Assembly: GCA_964016885.1 (NCBI GenBank)
Contig: OZ024744.1
Location: 89,032,001-89,096,000 of the forward strand
DNA: 64,000 nucleotides
Direction: 5' to 3'
Origin: Eledone cirrhosa
Taxonomy: Eukaryota
The position numbers and the translations under genes were made by a program. The notes below the pieces were generated by a model. It was not told the DNA's origin. It saw only the letters and a list, made by a program, of their open reading frames with translations, and searched no databases. Shown here piece by piece: positions 29,585-43,005 of this stretch (position 1 is the stretch's first letter; each line of letters starts with the position of its first letter).

Positions 29585-29844
29585 TTTCTTTATTAACCAC
29601 AAGGGTTTACATAAAGTAGACATTAAGGACAGTGCAGGACAATGCAGGACGGTACAAATGGGCATTTCTGCGTGTAAAAAAACAAAAACAGAGGATGTAA
29701 CAAAAATAACAATGAAAATAACAATGAAAAATTCCCCAATAGGGGGGAGACTTCGGAGGGACATTTGTGGAGAAAGCCCAGTAAAAAGCCACAATGACCC
29801 TGACCACCAAGGCAAGTGCCCTCTCCCAGTTTTCCACCTTTAGT

Positions 29845-32800
29845 TTACAGATATATACTCAGAGTCGGCCCATTCACTCGGGCCATTCTTGCTTCTCTCA
29901 CCCATCTTTCAACAAAATGCTGGGAAGAGAGCACTTCCTTCTCTACTCTGATTTTCCTTTTCAAATGAAATTTGAAAAAGTCAATCAGAGCATCACCGAA
30001 GAGGTAAGTGCTCGTCTTCAGCCCTTTCAAACGTGTCCACCATACTATCTCTTTCGCCATGGCCACCAGACAGATAAAAACTGCCTGCCCTTCCCGGCTA
30101 AAGGAGGAGGGCGGGGCAATCCTCACGATAGACTCAGATGATAGCTGGATCCGTCCTAAACGCGACAGCAGGTGTTCGACATAAACCCACAAGTCAGCGA
30201 TTTTCGGACACTGGACGAGTGCGTGCAGGACGGTTTCGTCGCCCTGCGCGCATCTCGGACATGCCCGGCTGACGGCACCTCCATGCCTGTAGAGTTTATC
30301 CCGAACTGGCAAGGCTCCTCGGTAGCACTGCCAGGCCAGAGATTTCTGGAAGTTGTCCATAGGCCCCAGCCCGAAAGTTCTTCCGAAGAGATTGGCTAGT
30401 TGATTTTCGTCGACGCCTAGAGTTTCCCCAAGTACGTCGTCGCTCTTCCCCTCCACTAATCCTCTATAGAACGCCGAGGTGGAGTTTCCACCGATCACAT
30501 TGCCCGATTGGTCGAGGGCTGTGAGCGCCTGAAGACATTCCAGTCTCCAGGCGCTCCCTCTCGGTCTTCGCTTGACCCAGGACTGCAGCTCCGTCAAGGA
30601 AACGAGCTGGGGAAAAACGCGTCTAGCAAACGGCGACCACACCTGATCACCGTCGAGGAAGAGGTGGAGATGTCGTAGCCTGAGCGCGTGCCTGCGCATC
30701 ATCAGCCACGGCATGCCAAGCCCTCCACGTAGCGGGTGTTGACAACAGATGGACCGCCTGACCATCGGAGCACGTCCCTTCCACAAAAAGCGAAAGAGCA
30801 AACGCTCCAGCGCAGTCAGGCGAGGCTTAGGACAAGGTACGACGGTTAGGCGGTAGCAGATGACAGACGCGATGTACGCGTTAGCCACCTCCCCTCGACC
30901 TTTCAGGGATAGCTTCCTCTCCGCCCATTTCTGGGTGAGAGAAGCCACCCTGCTCGTCACCTCGTCCCAGTTTTTGTCCGTCTGGAGGTGCGGACCGAAC
31001 CAGACCCCTAGCAATTTAACCGGTCCGTCCGTCCAGCGCCCGACGACGCTGTTGGACGACATGGACCTGCCTCTCCAGGTGCCGAGCTGCAGGCCCACTG
31101 ACTTTTCCTGGTTGATCATTGCTCCTGTCACCGCTTCGTATTCTCTTAGTGTAGTGCCGATCGCCTCGATGTGTTTGGCGTTCGACACCACTACGGTGAC
31201 ATCGTCCGCATATGCTGACACGGATCTTCCGCATCCTAGCGCGGGACTCCCCTCAACGTCTCCAGTTTGTGCAGTAATGGCTCGAGAGTCAATACGTACA
31301 AGAGGGACGAGAGGGGACATCCTTGGCGGACCGAGCGCATGATGTTGAACGGTTCCGACAGGTGACCGTTCACTCTCACTACAGAGCAGATGTCGCTGTG
31401 CATGGCAGCGATCCAGCCTCTGAAGACGGGCCCAAAGCCAGCCGCCCTCAGGACTGCCGCTAGGTAACGATGGTCGACCCTATCGAAAGCTTTCGACTGA
31501 TCTAAATTGATCAAGGACCCACCCGTGCCAGGTTCCCTAGCTACCCTCTCTACGATGTATCGCATGAGGTGGAGGTTGTCGTGGATGGATCTGTCGGGAA
31601 TGGCGCATGTCTGCGCCTCTCCCACCAGACCACCAACGACAAGCGCCAACCTCTTTGCTAGCACCTTGGCCAAAATCTTAAACTCTGTGTTTAGCAGAGT
31701 TATGGGCCGGAAATTGTCTATGTTATCCCCCTTGTTCGGATCCTTTCTCAGCAGTGCCACCGCTCCTCGGCTCACAGAACTGGGAATTCTCCCGTTCTGT
31801 TGCCAGTTGCAGTAGACGTCCGCCAAGAGGCCTCCGAACAAGTCTGGCATCTGTACGTAAAGTTCATAGGGCAGACCATCCAAACCAGGCGATTTACCCC
31901 TTGTGCAGCCAGTCATTGCCTCCCGTACTTCAGCGGCTGTTATCGGCTTTTCGCAACACTTCGCCTCAGTGGCTGAGAGCCGCGGCAGTCCGTCGAGGTA
32001 GACACTAAAGTCCATCCCTCTACCCGGCCCCCCGCTGCCCCCGAATAGCTGAGCGAAGTGTCGCTGAAAAGCTTCACACATTTGCCCGGGATCGAGTAGC
32101 ATGCGCCCGTCGTGGTCCACCAAAGACCGGATCGTGGCTTTGTTGCCACGACGCGCCTCCGCCACTCGGGCCCATTGAACGGCTTTCGTCCCCTCGTGTC
32201 TGAGAGCACGCACCCTAGCTCTGACAACGCAGCCTTCGTGCTTTGCATTGAAGAATTGGTCAAGGGCCAATTTCGCCGCAAGCACGTCGGTCGCAATGCC
32301 TTTGCTAAGCGCCTCGTCTAATTTTCTAACTAGTTCTCCCTCTGCTCTATTTTTCTCTATTGCTAAAGCCTTACTAAACCTAATCGATTCTATTCTAATC
32401 GCTCTTTTCAGAGCAAACCACCACTTGTTGTTGACGATGGCCCCCGTCAACGCCCGCTTAACTAGTTCGCTAATCCGGTCTCTGTAGGCCTTGCGCGCTG
32501 GTAAGGACGCGTTTACCTTCCAGTAGCCGGGTCCTCGTCTATGAAGCCTATCTAAGTCAAGCACACAGGTCACGAATTTGTGGTCCGTGTAGCTGACTAT
32601 CTTGAATTGTGGACAGCCTATGCTAGACCTATCTATTTCCCTACAAAATACTCTATCTAGATATGATCTGGATAACCCTATGCGGTTTGTCCAAGTCCAC
32701 ATTGGCACATTCGGGAAATCCAATCGGTACCTGTCAGACAGTTCAAAACGCCTGAGCAGGTTGGTGAGGCTCTTGCACCCTCCACCCCTATCCGCTAATC

Positions 32801-33260
32801 CCACACAGTCCCAGCGTGCATCTAAGATCCCGTTCCAGTCGCCCACTAACACTAAAGAGCGGGACGTTCCAAGAAAGGTCTCCAGACGCCGGAAGAAATC
32901 AGGCCGCCCTGCTCCTGTCGGGGCATAGACGGCCACTAGCCTGAAAGCTTGCCCGTCTCCGCTGGTCACGTCCAGCACCACCAGCTTACCCTCTGGGTCC
33001 AGGAAGATGGCCCGTATGGCGAGATCCAAACCTCTCCGAAAAAGCACAGCAACTCCTCCACCCGATCCAGGACGGCTGGGAGATGCGTACACATCGTAGC
33101 CGCCGAAGATCGGTGCGAAGGCCCGTGCTTCGGAGATTCTGGTCTCGCTGATGGCCACTACATCTATGTTTAGTGACCTGAGGTCGTTGAGCAGGTGACC
33201 CTGCTTCCATGACGACCCCAAGCCACGCGCATTTATGCTGCCTATTCTGAGTGAGGTCAC
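29845..33260 (-). pseudogene. Tx1 ORF2 (APE endonuclease, RT, zf-RVT), one frameshift
   Basis: INARGL, SETR, GDWN, YLDRVF, TDHK; KSPGLDG, DQSKAFDRV, QGCPLS, YADD; CPRC..H..C. Confidence 0.92.
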
Positions 33261-33295
33261 GTTTAAAATAGAGTGGAAAAGATGGGAAAGACCAC

Positions 33296-35425
33296 TTACC
33301 GTACTTTTGGTAGAGGAGGGATGGTTTTTACATCCCTTTTCACTTGATCGTCTGGTGAAGGGACCGTTGAATCGTCCCTTCGGCTGGTCGTCGGCTCTTC
33401 TAAGAGAATGTCTGAATATACTCTTCGATTGATGGTTCCTCCTAGGTCCCTGAAATCACCAACTGCGTTGGGGAATTTCGTTTTAATGTTTGTGTATTGT
33501 TTCTGTGCTATTTTTAGCAGTCTTATGTTAGTTGGCGTTTTGATTGGTGCTGGTATTATGTAGTCCTGTTGTGAAATGTCTGTGTGTTCAATTATGTAAG
33601 TCATTAGTTTCTTGTTGTGTGTGTTTATTGCCGTGCATTTGTTTTTCTGGGGGTGGGGTGTGGTTCTGCTATTTTCTTGTCGTTGTTGCTGGGTGTGTGT
33701 GTTTTGTTGTTGTGTTTGCGATGTTGGTGCTTGTGGTGGTGGTGTTGAAGGTGTTGTTGGCGGTGGGGTTGTCGCCGGTGGTGATGGTGGTGCTGGTGTG
33801 GGTGGTGATGGTGTTGGTGGTGTTGCTGCTGTGGGTCTCTTTGCAGTAGACTTTACCCTTTTCTCATTTCTTTCCTCCCTTTTCAAAGGCGACGATGCGC
33901 TGCTTCTGCGTTTGTGCCTTCTTGAGACCTTTTGCCATCCCTCTCCCACCTCACACTCCATGTCTGATTCTGTAAGGTCGGGGAGGGGTACCAGCTCCAC
34001 TCTTTCACTTGTTGTTGTTGGTGATGTTTGCACTGGAGTCTCTGTTGCAGCTGCATTTGGTATTGCTGTTGTTGTTGTTAATATTTCCACTGCTGCTGCT
34101 GTCTTTGATTTCCGTGGAGTGGGTATGGGTGCCACGGACCTATCGTTCCTGGTTGCCGCTTGTCCTGTTGCTGGTAGCCGTGGAGCCGGATTCGGAAGGA
34201 GGGGGGTTTTCTCCTTTCTCAGGGTCTTCTCGTTGCAGAAGGCCCTGAGGTGAGTCTTCGATCCACAGCGAAAGCATTTCGGGCGTTTGCCCTCAACACT
34301 TATGGGCAGTTGAGTGCCGTTATCGAAGTCTATCACATCCGGGATAGCTTCGATGCACTCCTGGTTGGTTTGGATTAGCATCTCAATGGAGGAGCCGACC
34401 CAATCTTCTCTTACTTTTTTCTGTACTTGCAGTACAGTTGTTTTGTCCTCGATTCCGACGAGGACAGACGCGGCCAGCCAAGAAGGGGTCATTCCGGGGG
34501 GGACGTGGGTCAGTTTGACCCTCACAATTTTTTGCCCGCAGTAGGAGGGCACCAACACCATTTCCTCGCTTCTTAGGGTCACTACTGATTGGGCCTTTGC
34601 CTCCTGGGGTGTGGCAAAAAGTACGTCTACGGTGGCGTATTTTTTGCCTCGGGTGATGTGCGTTTTCCTCTGCCACACAGACCCCAAGGCTTTTTGTATT
34701 TGGGCCTCTGTGGCTCTTTCCACCCTACGGGATTTTGTACTTACTGTACGGTACGTGACCGTACAGTGCTCTTGGGTTTCGAAAAAATTTTTCGCTGCCT
34801 TGCAGATTGCTCGGTGTCCGTTCTTTGTCACCATCTTCTTCGCTTCCTCTAATTCCTCATTTGTTATGAGGATTGTTTCCAAGTTTTTCGCAATACCTGC
34901 AAATGAGATTGGTTTTTCTCTGCTGTTGTTGTTGTCGTCAGAGCTGCTGGTACTTTTGTTGTTGCTGCAGGTACTACGACTACTGCCTCCGCCGCTGTTG
35001 CTGTGGTTGTTGTTGGTGTTGCTGCTGCTAATGCTGTTGTTGTTTATGCTGCTGGTGATGCTGTTGCGGCTGCTACTGTTGTTTTCATTGTCACTATTGC
35101 TGTTGTTATTACGGCTGCTACTGCTATTATTCCTGACGTCAGACGAATGAACTGGGTTTTCGTATTTCCCGCACACCTGTTTCGTCGCTGTCGTCGTCGT
35201 CGTGGAGAAACCTTGCACGCTTTGCACGAGACTTTTCTTTTCTTTCGTCGCTTGCGAAAGAGAAGGGAGGGAGAGAGACACATTTAAAGAAGGGAGGGAG
35301 AGAGACAATCTTCTCTCTGCTGTAGTGATGATTGAGGAAGAAGAAGACGGAATGAGTGGGAGTGACGTATGAAATTTCTTTTTCGTAACCATGTTTTTTT
35401 GTTTAAAATGAAATTTTGGGTACAA
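33296..35425 (-). CDS. Tx1 ORF1 (RRM-like region, CCHC knuckle, N/S- and P/T-rich tracts); true start may be a downstream ATG
   Basis: 709 aa open; CFRCGSKTHLRAFC. Confidence 0.85.
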   Translation of the reverse strand: MYPKFHFKQKNMVTKKKFHTSLPLIPSSSSSIITTAERRLSLSLPSLNVSLSLPSLSQATKEKKSLVQSVQGFSTTTTTATKQVCGKYENPVHSSDVRNNSSSSRNNNSNSDNENNSSSRNSITSSINNNSISSSNTNNNHSNSGGGSSRSTCSNNKSTSSSDDNNNSREKPISFAGIAKNLETILITNEELEEAKKMVTKNGHRAICKAAKNFFETQEHCTVTYRTVSTKSRRVERATEAQIQKALGSVWQRKTHITRGKKYATVDVLFATPQEAKAQSVVTLRSEEMVLVPSYCGQKIVRVKLTHVPPGMTPSWLAASVLVGIEDKTTVLQVQKKVREDWVGSSIEMLIQTNQECIEAIPDVIDFDNGTQLPISVEGKRPKCFRCGSKTHLRAFCNEKTLRKEKTPLLPNPAPRLPATGQAATRNDRSVAPIPTPRKSKTAAAVEILTTTTAIPNAAATETPVQTSPTTTSERVELVPLPDLTESDMECEVGEGWQKVSRRHKRRSSASSPLKREERNEKRVKSTAKRPTAATPPTPSPPTPAPPSPPATTPPPTTPSTPPPQAPTSQTQQQNTHTQQQRQENSRTTPHPQKNKCTAINTHNKKLMTYIIEHTDISQQDYIIPAPIKTPTNIRLLKIAQKQYTNIKTKFPNAVGDFRDLGGTINRRVYSDILLEEPTTSRRDDSTVPSPDDQVKRDVKTIPPLPKVR

Positions 35426-35623
35426 AACCCCAATAACTGGTTATTTAACCCCGAAGGGCCAAATAACGGACAGAAAGACCCCTCTCACGAGGAGGAGGGT
35501 GTCTTTATCAACAATTTTGTTCAAGTTTTAAACAATTTACAATTGTTTTAACGGTTAAAAATTACTATACCTTACAGAGCCGAGCCTCCGTCAACCATGG
35601 CATTCAATAATAATAATAATAAT

Positions 35624-38600
35624 GTTTTCTTTATTAACCACAAGGGTTCACATAAAGTAGACATTAAGGACAGTACAGGACAATACAGGACGGTACAATT
35701 GGGCATTTCTGCGTGTAAAAAAACAGAGGTTGAAATAAAATAACAAAGAAAAATTCCCCAATAGGGGGGAGACTTCCAAGGGACATTTGTGGAGAAAGCC
35801 CATTAAAAGACCACAGTGGCCCTGACCACCAGGGCAAGTGCCCTCTCCCAGTTTTCCACCTTTAATTTACAGACACATACTCAGAGAAGGCCCATTCATT
35901 CGGGCCATACTTGCTTCTCTCACCCATCTTTCAACAAAATGCTGGGAAGAGAGCACTTCCCTCTCTACCCTGATTTTCCTTTTCAAATGAAATTTGAAAA
36001 AGTTAATCAGGGCATCACCGAAGAGGTAAGTGCTCGTCTTCAGCCCTTTCAAACGTGTCCACCATACTATCTCTTTCGCCATGGCCACTAGACAGATAAA
36101 AACTTCCTGCCCTTCCCGGCTAAAGTAAGGGGGTGGGGCAATCCTCCGATGGACTCAGCTGATAGCCGAATCCGTCCTATACGTGACAGCAGGTGTTCGA
36201 CATAAACCCATAAGTCAGCAATGCTCGGACACTGGACGAGTGCGGGCAGGACGGTTTCGTCGCCCTGTGCGCATCTCGGACATGCCCGGCTGACGGCACC
36301 TCCATGCCTGTAAAGTTTATCCCGAACTGGCAAAGCACCCCGGTAGCACTGCCAGACCAGGGATTTCTGGAAGTTGTCCATAGGCCCCGGCCCGAAAGTC
36401 CTTCCGAAGAGATTGGCTAGTTGATTTTCGTCGACGCCTAGAGTTTCTCCAAGTACGTCGTCGCTCTTCCCCTCCACTAATCCCCTATAGAACGCCAAGG
36501 TGGAGTTTCCACCGATCACATTGCCCGATTGGTCGAGGGCTGTGAGCGCCTGAAGACATTCCAGTCTCCAAGCGCTCCCTCTCGGTCTTCGCTTGACCCA
36601 GGACTGCAGCTCCGTCAAGGAGACGAGCTGGGGAAAACGTGTCTAGCAAACGGCGACCACACCTGATCACCGTCGAGGAAGAGGTGGAGATGTCGTAGCC
36701 TCAGCGCGTGTCTGCGCATCATCAGCCACGGCATGCCCAGCCCTCCACGTAGCGGGTGTTGACAGCAGATGGACCGCCTGACCATCGGAGCGCGTCCCTT
36801 CCACAAGAAGCGAAAGAGCAAACGCACCAGCGCAGTCAGGCGGCGCTTAGGACAAGGTACGACGGTCAGGCGGTAGTAGATGACGGACGCGATGTCCGCG
36901 TTAGTCACCTCCGCTCGACCTTTCAGGGATAGCTTCCTCTCGGCCCATTTCTGGCTGAGAGAAGCCACCCTGCTCGTCACCTCGTCCCAGTTTTTGTCCG
37001 TCTGGAGGTCTGGACCGAACCAGACCCCTAGCAATTTAACCGGTCCGTCCGTCCAGCGCCCGACGACGCTGTTGGACGGCATGGACCTGCCTCTCCAGGT
37101 GCCGAGCTGCAGGCCCACTGACTTTTCCTGGTTGATAATTGCTCCTGTCACCGCTTCGTATTCTCTTAGTGTAGTGCTGATCGCCTCGATGTGTTTGGCA
37201 TTCGACACCACTACGGTGACATCGTCGGCATATGCTGACACGGATCTTCCGCATCCTAGTTCGCGCGGGATCCCCCTCAACGTCTCCAGTTTGTGCAGTA
37301 ATGGCTCAAGAGTCAATACGTACAATAAGGACGAGAGGGGACATCCTTGGCGGACCGAGCGCATGATGTTGAACGGTTCCGAAAGGTGACCGTTCACTCT
37401 CACTACAAAGCAGATGTCGCTGTGCATGGCAGCGATCCAGCCTCTGAAGACGGGCCCAAAGCCAGCCTCCCTCAGGACTGCCGCTAGGTAACGATGGTCG
37501 ACCCTATCGAAGGCTTTCGACTGATCTAAATTGATCAAGGACCCACCCGTGCCAGGTTCCCTAGCTACCCTCTCTACGATGTATCGCATGAGGTGGAGGT
37601 TGTCGTGGATGGATCTGTCGGGAATGGCGCATGTCTGTGCCTCTCCCACCAGACCACCAACGACAAGCGCCAACCTCTTTGCTAGCACCTTGGCCAAAAT
37701 CTTGAACTCTGTGTTCAGCAGAGTTATGGGCCTAAAATTATCTATGTTATCCCCCTTGTTCGGATCCTTTCTCAGCAGCACCACCGCTCGGCAGCTCACA
37801 GAGCTGGGAATTCTCCCGTTCTGTTGCCAGTTGCAGTAGACGTCCGCCAAGAGGCCTCCGAACAAGTCTGGCATTTGTACGTAAAGTTCATAGGGCAGAC
37901 CATCCAAACCAGGCGATTTACCCCTTGTGCAGCAAGTCATTGCCTCCCGTACTTCAGCGGTTGTTATCGGCTTTTCGCAACACTCCGCCTCATTGGCCGA
38001 GAGCCACGGCAGTCCGTCGAGGTAGACACTAAAGTCCATCCCTCGATCCGGCCCGCCACTGCCCCAGAACAGTTGAGCGAAGTGTCGCTGAAAAGCTTCA
38101 CACATTTGCCCGGGATCGAGTAGCATGCGCCCGTCATGGTCCACCAAAGACCGGATCGTGGCTTTATTGCCACGACGCGCCTCCGCCACTCGGGCCCATT
38201 GAACGGCTTTCGTCCCCTCGTGTCTGAGAGCACGCACCCTAGCTCTGACAACGCAGCCTTCGTGCTTTGCATTGAAGAATTGGTCAAGGGCCAATTTCGC
38301 CGCAAGTACGTCGGTCGCGATGCCTTTGCTAAGCGCCTCGTCTAAATTTCTAACTAATTCTCCCTCTGCTCTATTTTTCTCTATTGCTAAAGCCTTACTA
38401 AACCTAATGGACCCTATTCTAATTGCTCTTTTCAGAGCAAACTACCACTTATTATTGACGATGGCCCCCGTCAACGCCCGCTTAACTAGTTCGCTAATAC
38501 GGTTTCTGTAGGCCTTGCGCGCTGGTAAGGACGCGTTTAGTTTCTAGTAGCCGGGTCCTCGTCTATGAAGCCTATCTAAGTCAAGCACACAGATCACGAA

Positions 38601-40170
38601 TTTGTGGTCCGTGTAGCTGACTATCTTGAATTGTCGACAGCCTATGCTAGACCTATCTATTTCCCTACAAAATACTCTATCTGGATATGATCTGGACGAC
38701 CCTATGCGATTTGTCCAAGTCCACATTGGTACATTCGGGAAATCCATTCGGTACCTGTCAGACAGTTCAAAACGCCTGAGCAGGTTAGTGAGACTATTGC
38801 ACCCTCCTCCCCTATCCTCTAATCCCACACAGTCCCAGCGTGCATCTAAGATCCCGTTCCAGTTGCCCACTAACACTAAAGAGCGGGACGTTCCAAGAAA
38901 GGTCTCCAGACGCCGGAAGAAATCAAGCCGCGCTTCTCCTGTCGGGGCATAGACGGCCACTAGCCTGAAAGCTTGCCCGTCTCCGCTGGTCACGTCTAGC
39001 ACCACCAACTTACCTTCTGGGTCCAGGAAGATGGCTCGTATGGCGAGATCCAAAACTCTCCGAAAAAGCGCATCAACTCCTCCCCCCGATCCCGGACGGC
39101 TGGGAGATGCGTACACATCGTAGCCGCCGAAGATCGGTGCGAAGGCCCGTGCTTCGGAGATTCTGGCCTCGCTGATGGCCACTACATCTATGTTCAGTGA
39201 CCTGAGGTCGTTGAGCAGGTGGCCCTGGTTCCATGACGACCCCCAAGCCACGCGCATTTATGCTGCCTATTCTGAGTGAGGTCATGTTGAAATGGAGTGG
39301 AAAAGATGGGAAAGACCACTTACCTTACTTCTCGTAGAGGAAGGACGGTTTTTCCATCCTTTTCACTACTTATGGCCTCCCCAGGAAGGATGTCCTGGTG
39401 TGGATGGTGGCATATCTGTCTTAACTTTCTTGTTCGATAATTTATTTGTTTCCCTCTGTATTTTGTTTTTTGAGGGGGAAGGAAGAGAATTTTTTATTTT
39501 TTGGCTTCTTTTTTTTAATATTTTTTCCTCATACGGTTTCCCACTCCTCGTCGTCACAATCTGTCTCCAGATAGGTCGGGAAGTGGAAAATCCTTCACAG
39601 GCGTTGGTTTTGGTTGTGGCGTGGCGTGGTTGATGGTGTAGGCGGTTGTGCTAGTTCTGGCGCGTTTGGGTGGTGGTGGTGTTGGTTTTGCTGCTACAGT
39701 TGATGCTGCCATCTCTGCTGCTGGTGGTGTTGATGGTTGAGTCGCTGGGGTGGGTAAGAGAAGTGGCCTCAATCTTTTAGCCTGAGGGAAGAAAGCCCTC
39801 AGGTGGGTTCCTTCACCACAAACGACACACCTAGGCCTTCAGCCCTCGACGATTACGGTGAGGTGGCTGCCGTCAGTGAGGTCTATTACCTCTGTGATCT
39901 CCTCAATACTTTTATGGTCCGCTTGGATCAGGAGTTCCATCCCAGATCCGGACCAGTTCTCCTGCTTTTCTTTCGCTATTTCGATTATCTTGGTGTTGGC
40001 CTCGATGCCGGCGAGGACGGCAGCCATTAACCAGGGAATTTCGATGGCCGGTGGAACGTGGGTCACTAGTTAATGGGGCCATGGAGTGTTCTATGGCCTC
40101 CTGTGGTGTTTCAAAGAACACGTCCACGGTTCCATACTTCTGCCCACATCTGACGTGGGTTTTTTTGGCC
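35624..40170 (-). mobile_element. Tx1 subfamily A copy 2 (5' part lost, ORF1 deletions, degraded ORF2)
   Basis: APE 38544-39285, RT 36615-38294, ORF1 pieces 39320-40170; (ATT)n tail. Confidence 0.92.
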
Positions 40171-41810
40171 ATATAGAAACATATATATGTATAAACAATA
40201 AAAATGAAAATTGAAACAAAGAAAAATTCCCCAATAAGGGGGAAAACCGCAGAGGGCTACTCGTGGCGAAAACCACACAAAAGACCACGGCCACCCTGAA
40301 CCAAGGCAAGCGCCCTCTCTCAATTTTTCCATCTCTCAAACTACAGACGTCTATTCAGAGCGGTCCCGTTCACTCGGACCATTCTCGCTCATTCACCCAC
40401 CTTTCAACAAACTTGCTAATAGACAGCACTTGCCTCTCCACCCTGATTTTCCTATTCAAGTGAAACTTGAAAAAGTTAATTAGGGATTCACCGAAGAGGA
40501 AAGTCTCTATCTTTAACCCTTTCAACCATGTCCACCGCACAATCTCTTTCGCCGTGGCGACCAGACAGATGGAAACCTCCTGCCCTTCCTCCTCAAAGGA
40601 AGACGGCGAGACCATCTGCACAATGGACTCAGTCTATAATCGGATCAGTCCTACACGCGACAGCAACTGTTCGACATAGCTCCACAAGTCAGCAATGCTC
40701 GGGCACTGAACGAGTGCGTGCACGACGATTTCGTCTCTCTGCGCGCATCTCGGACAGGCTCGGTTGACGGCACTTCCGTGCCTGTAGAACTTATCTCGAA
40801 CCGGCAGCGCTCCCCGGTAGCACTGGCAGGCCAGGGATTTTTGGAAGTTATCCATAGGCCCTGGGCTGAAAGTTCTCCTGAAGAGGGAAAACAGCTGATC
40901 TTCTTCGACGCCCAGGATCTCTCCGAGAATGTTGTCGTTCTTCCCCTCCACTAGTCCTCTATAGAACACTGAGATGGATGTTCCATCGATACTGGTACCC
41001 AGCTGGCAGAGGGCAGTGAGCGCCTGGAGACATTCCAGTTTCCAAGCGCTATCCCTCGGTCTTTTTCTGACTCAGGACTGCAGCTCCGTCAAGGAGACGA
41101 GCTGTGGAAAAACGTGCCTGGCGAAGGGCGACCACACCTGTTCACCGTCAAGGAAGAACCAGAGATGTCGCAGCCTCAGCGCATGTGTGTGCATCATCAG
41201 CCATGCATGCCCAGTCCTCCACGCAACGTGTGCTGACAGCAGATGGATCGTCTGACCATGGGAGCACGTCCCTTCCACAAAAAGCGGAAGAGGAGGCGCT
41301 CCATTTTGGTGAGAGTTGGGTCGGGGCAAGGGACGACGGTGAGGCGGGAGCAGATGACGGATGCGATGTACCCATTCTCCACCTCCGCCCGGCCTTTCAA
41401 GGACAGCTTCCTCTCGGCCCATTTCTGGGTGAGGAGGCCACCTTGCTCGTCACCTCGTTCCAGTTTTTCTCCTTCTGGAGGTCCGGTCCTAACCAGACCC
41501 CGAGCAATTTAACCCTCCGTCCGTCCAACGCCCCACGACGCTGTCTGACGGCATGGACTTGCCTCTCCAGGTGCCGAGCTGCAAGCTCACCGACTTTTCC
41601 TGGTTTATCTTTGCTCCTGTCACCTCTTCGTATTCCTTGAGAGCGGTGCCGAGCATCTGGACGTGTCTGGTACTGGACACCACCAAGGTGAGGTCGTCGG
41701 CGTAAGCCGACTCGGAATCCCGCATCCTAGTTCGCGTGGGACGCCCCTCATCGCCCCCAGTTTGTGCAATAACGACTAGAGAGCCAATACGTACAAGAGG
41801 AACGAGAGGC
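40171..41810 (-). mobile_element. Tx1 subfamily B fragment
   Basis: YADD to zf-RVT and partial 3'UTR; homologous to 44979-45888. Confidence 0.88.
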
Positions 41811-41906
41811 TACTTTTAGCACAAGGCCAGCAATTACCCAGTGTATTACTGGTACTTTATTTTATCGACCCCGTAAGGATGAAAGGCAAAGTTAACCTCG
41901 GCCGGG
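41810..41906 (-). mobile_element. SINE fragment
   Basis: Core sequence present. Confidence 0.8.
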
Positions 41907-41992
41907 ATAGACATATATATAGGTGTGTATATAAAGTATATAAAAGTGGATGGATGATGTGATGATGTGAGCAATTGTATTCTGGAACGATG

Positions 41993-42240
41993 AGTCGAGG
42001 TTTGAAATGGGGCGAAGATTAAGTGGAGGTTTGAAATGGGGAAAAGACTGGGTGGAGGTTTGAAATGGGGGTAGACTGAGCGGAGGTTTGAAATGGGGGT
42101 AGAATGAGCGGAGGTTTGAAATGAGAGGAAGACTGAGTGGAGGTTTCAAATGGGGGGAAAAAGTGAGTGGAGGTTTGAAATGGGAGGAAAAACCGAGTGG
42201 AGGTTTCAAATGGGGAGAAAGAGTTAGTGGATGTTTGAAA
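41993..42240. repeat. ~30-bp minisatellite (gagtggaggtttgaaatggggg...), ~8 copies
   Basis: Direct reading. Confidence 0.9.
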
Positions 42241-42709
42241 TTTGTGATTGCGCGTATGTGTATGTGTGATTGTGTGAGCGTGGGTGAGTGAGTTCGAATG
42301 TGTGAGTGCGGGTGTGTCAGTTCATATATGCGGGCGGGTGTATATCTGTGTATGAGTGGGTGTGGATGTATATAATATGTGTGTGTATATGTTTCTCTGT
42401 GTGAGTATGTTTTGTGTGTGGGTGGGTGTTCATGAGTCTTTTATCTGTCTGAGTATATACGTGTGTATATGTGTGTGAATGGGCCTATATGTCTGTGTGT
42501 GTTTGTGTCTGTGTCTGTGTCTGTGTGTGTGTGTCTGGGCCTATGTGGGTGTGTAGGTGTGTGTGTGTGTGTGTGTGTGTCTGTCTATGTTTTGTGTGGG
42601 TGGGTGCTGACGAGTATTTTATGTGTGCATATGTGTTTTGTATGGTTGAGTGTTGTTATATATATGTATATATATATATGTGTGTGAGGTTGAGTGGGTC
42701 TCTCTCTCA

Positions 42710-42753
<44 letters not shown>

Positions 42754-42884
42754 CTTTGTGTGTAGGTGTGTATGCATCTGTCGGTCTGTCTGCTTGTATC
42801 TGTCTGTCTGTCTGTGTATGGGTGCATAGGTTGTTGGGTATAGTGGGGTGGGGTGATGGATGAGGATGTATTGCATGTGTCAAG

Positions 42885-42921
42885 TAGAGAGAGAGAGAGA
42901 GGGAGAGAGAGAGAGCTAGAG

Positions 42922-42988
<67 letters not shown>

Positions 42989-43005
42989 GAGAGAGAGATA
43001 GATAG
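42885..43005. repeat. (GA)n
   Basis: Direct reading. Confidence 0.95.

Larger units (their letters stand above)
29583..35605 (-). mobile_element. Tx1-like LINE subfamily C, full length (~6.0 kb)
   Basis: 5'UTR, intact ORF1, ORF2 with a single 4-nt deletion at ~31239, 3'UTR; (ATT)n on the sense strand at both ends. Confidence 0.95.

Noticed and set aside
41993-42240. CRISPR-like array
   Set aside because: G-rich minisatellite with no unique spacers, eukaryotic context, no cas genes
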